Of a stretch of 64,000 nt of DNA, positions 63,820 to 64,000 are shown piece after piece. The notes beneath the pieces were generated by a model. That model had not been told where the DNA came from. It saw nothing but the letters and a program-made list of their open reading frames with translations, and did not search any database. The DNA comes from Paraphysomonas bandaiensis (Eukaryota > Protista > Chrysophyceae). Positions within the stretch are counted from its first letter, which is position 1. Every line of letters starts with the position of its first letter. The stretch spans positions 358,808 through 422,807 of the forward strand of contig CBFFRP010000431.1 in NCBI GenBank assembly GCA_965644295.1, written 5' to 3'. A program made the position numbers and the translations under genes.

Positions 63820-64000
63820 GCTGATACATCACGCATATTTGTAATAGATATTGATGCCGCGTAACTGATGTTGTTTGTGATGTTAGTGAGTAGAGCAGGC
63901 ATCTCTACGGGAAACCGGCGGTTCCAATTTGTTATGGGTAGAACAGATTCGATGGATGTTTCTGGTGGCCCGTTGTCAGAGGTGGGATATTATACGTGTG

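Larger units (their letters stand above)
56175..64000 (+). ncRNA. Putative non-coding snoRNA host gene built from repeated exon-intron units
   Basis: A unique GTATGT...AATAG intron (56175-56230) ends where the array begins. Per unit: exon A 56623-56660 (stops in all 3 frames), GTGAGT..ACAG intron 56661-56721, exon B 56722-56756, and a GTGGGA..AATAG intron 56757-56911 containing the snoRNA. Confidence 0.55.
56226..64000 (+). repeat. 289-bp head-to-tail tandem array (~27 units, continues past the window end)
   Basis: Exact 289-bp periodicity, also seen in the ORF track. The first unit carries a 103-bp internal duplication. A few SNPs are shared between copies. Confidence 0.98.

Noticed and set aside
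56462-63902. 26 repeated 71-aa minus-strand ORFs (MPALLTN...)
   Set aside because: The unit length is not a multiple of 3. The inter-copy variants visible in the ORF track are non-synonymous, and some change the ATG to GTG. The plus strand has a better explanation (snoRNA plus splice signals).
56226-64000. Array as CRISPR, 5S rRNA, spliced-leader or U-snRNA repeat
   Set aside because: No variable spacers and no 5S, U1, U2, U4, U5 or U6 signature on either strand. AATTTGTTATGG is only a loose Sm-like match without supporting structure.

Overview
Gene-dense eukaryotic nuclear DNA with many short (~45-60 nt) GT-AG introns. It is probably from a flagellated stramenopile-like protist; this is inferred from gene content, not proven. 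Positions 1-55.7 kb hold about 16 protein genes: a DZIP1-like/ubiquitin-like fusion, a cyclin-Y-like gene, a tandem winged-helix protein, CCDC39, a PH protein, a TLC-cytochrome b5-membrane-DUF3291-CxxC fusion, SFSWAP, a GT95/96-like glycosyltransferase, a YTH protein, a MATE transporter, a bacterial-type VanX/DdpX dipeptidase with an intron, PRODH, a MYND protein, IFT52, NBR1 and a CHK2-like kinase. Between them lie nested hAT MITEs, a dispersed repeat family, a truncated Harbinger nuclease and long (TATG)n tracts at gene 5' ends. The standout is the 289-bp tandem array from 56,226 to the window end. It looks like satellite DNA, but each unit carries an 83-nt box C/D snoRNA: terminal stem, boxes C/D'/C'/D, and a guide GCACTGGGCA complementary to LSU rRNA UGCCCAGUGC, i.e. 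SNORD88/snR76-like. The snoRNA appears to sit in an intron of a repeated non-coding exon-intron unit. At least 26 copies occur, an architecture reminiscent of the mammalian SNORD115/116 arrays. No database searches were run; family assignments come from recalled motifs.
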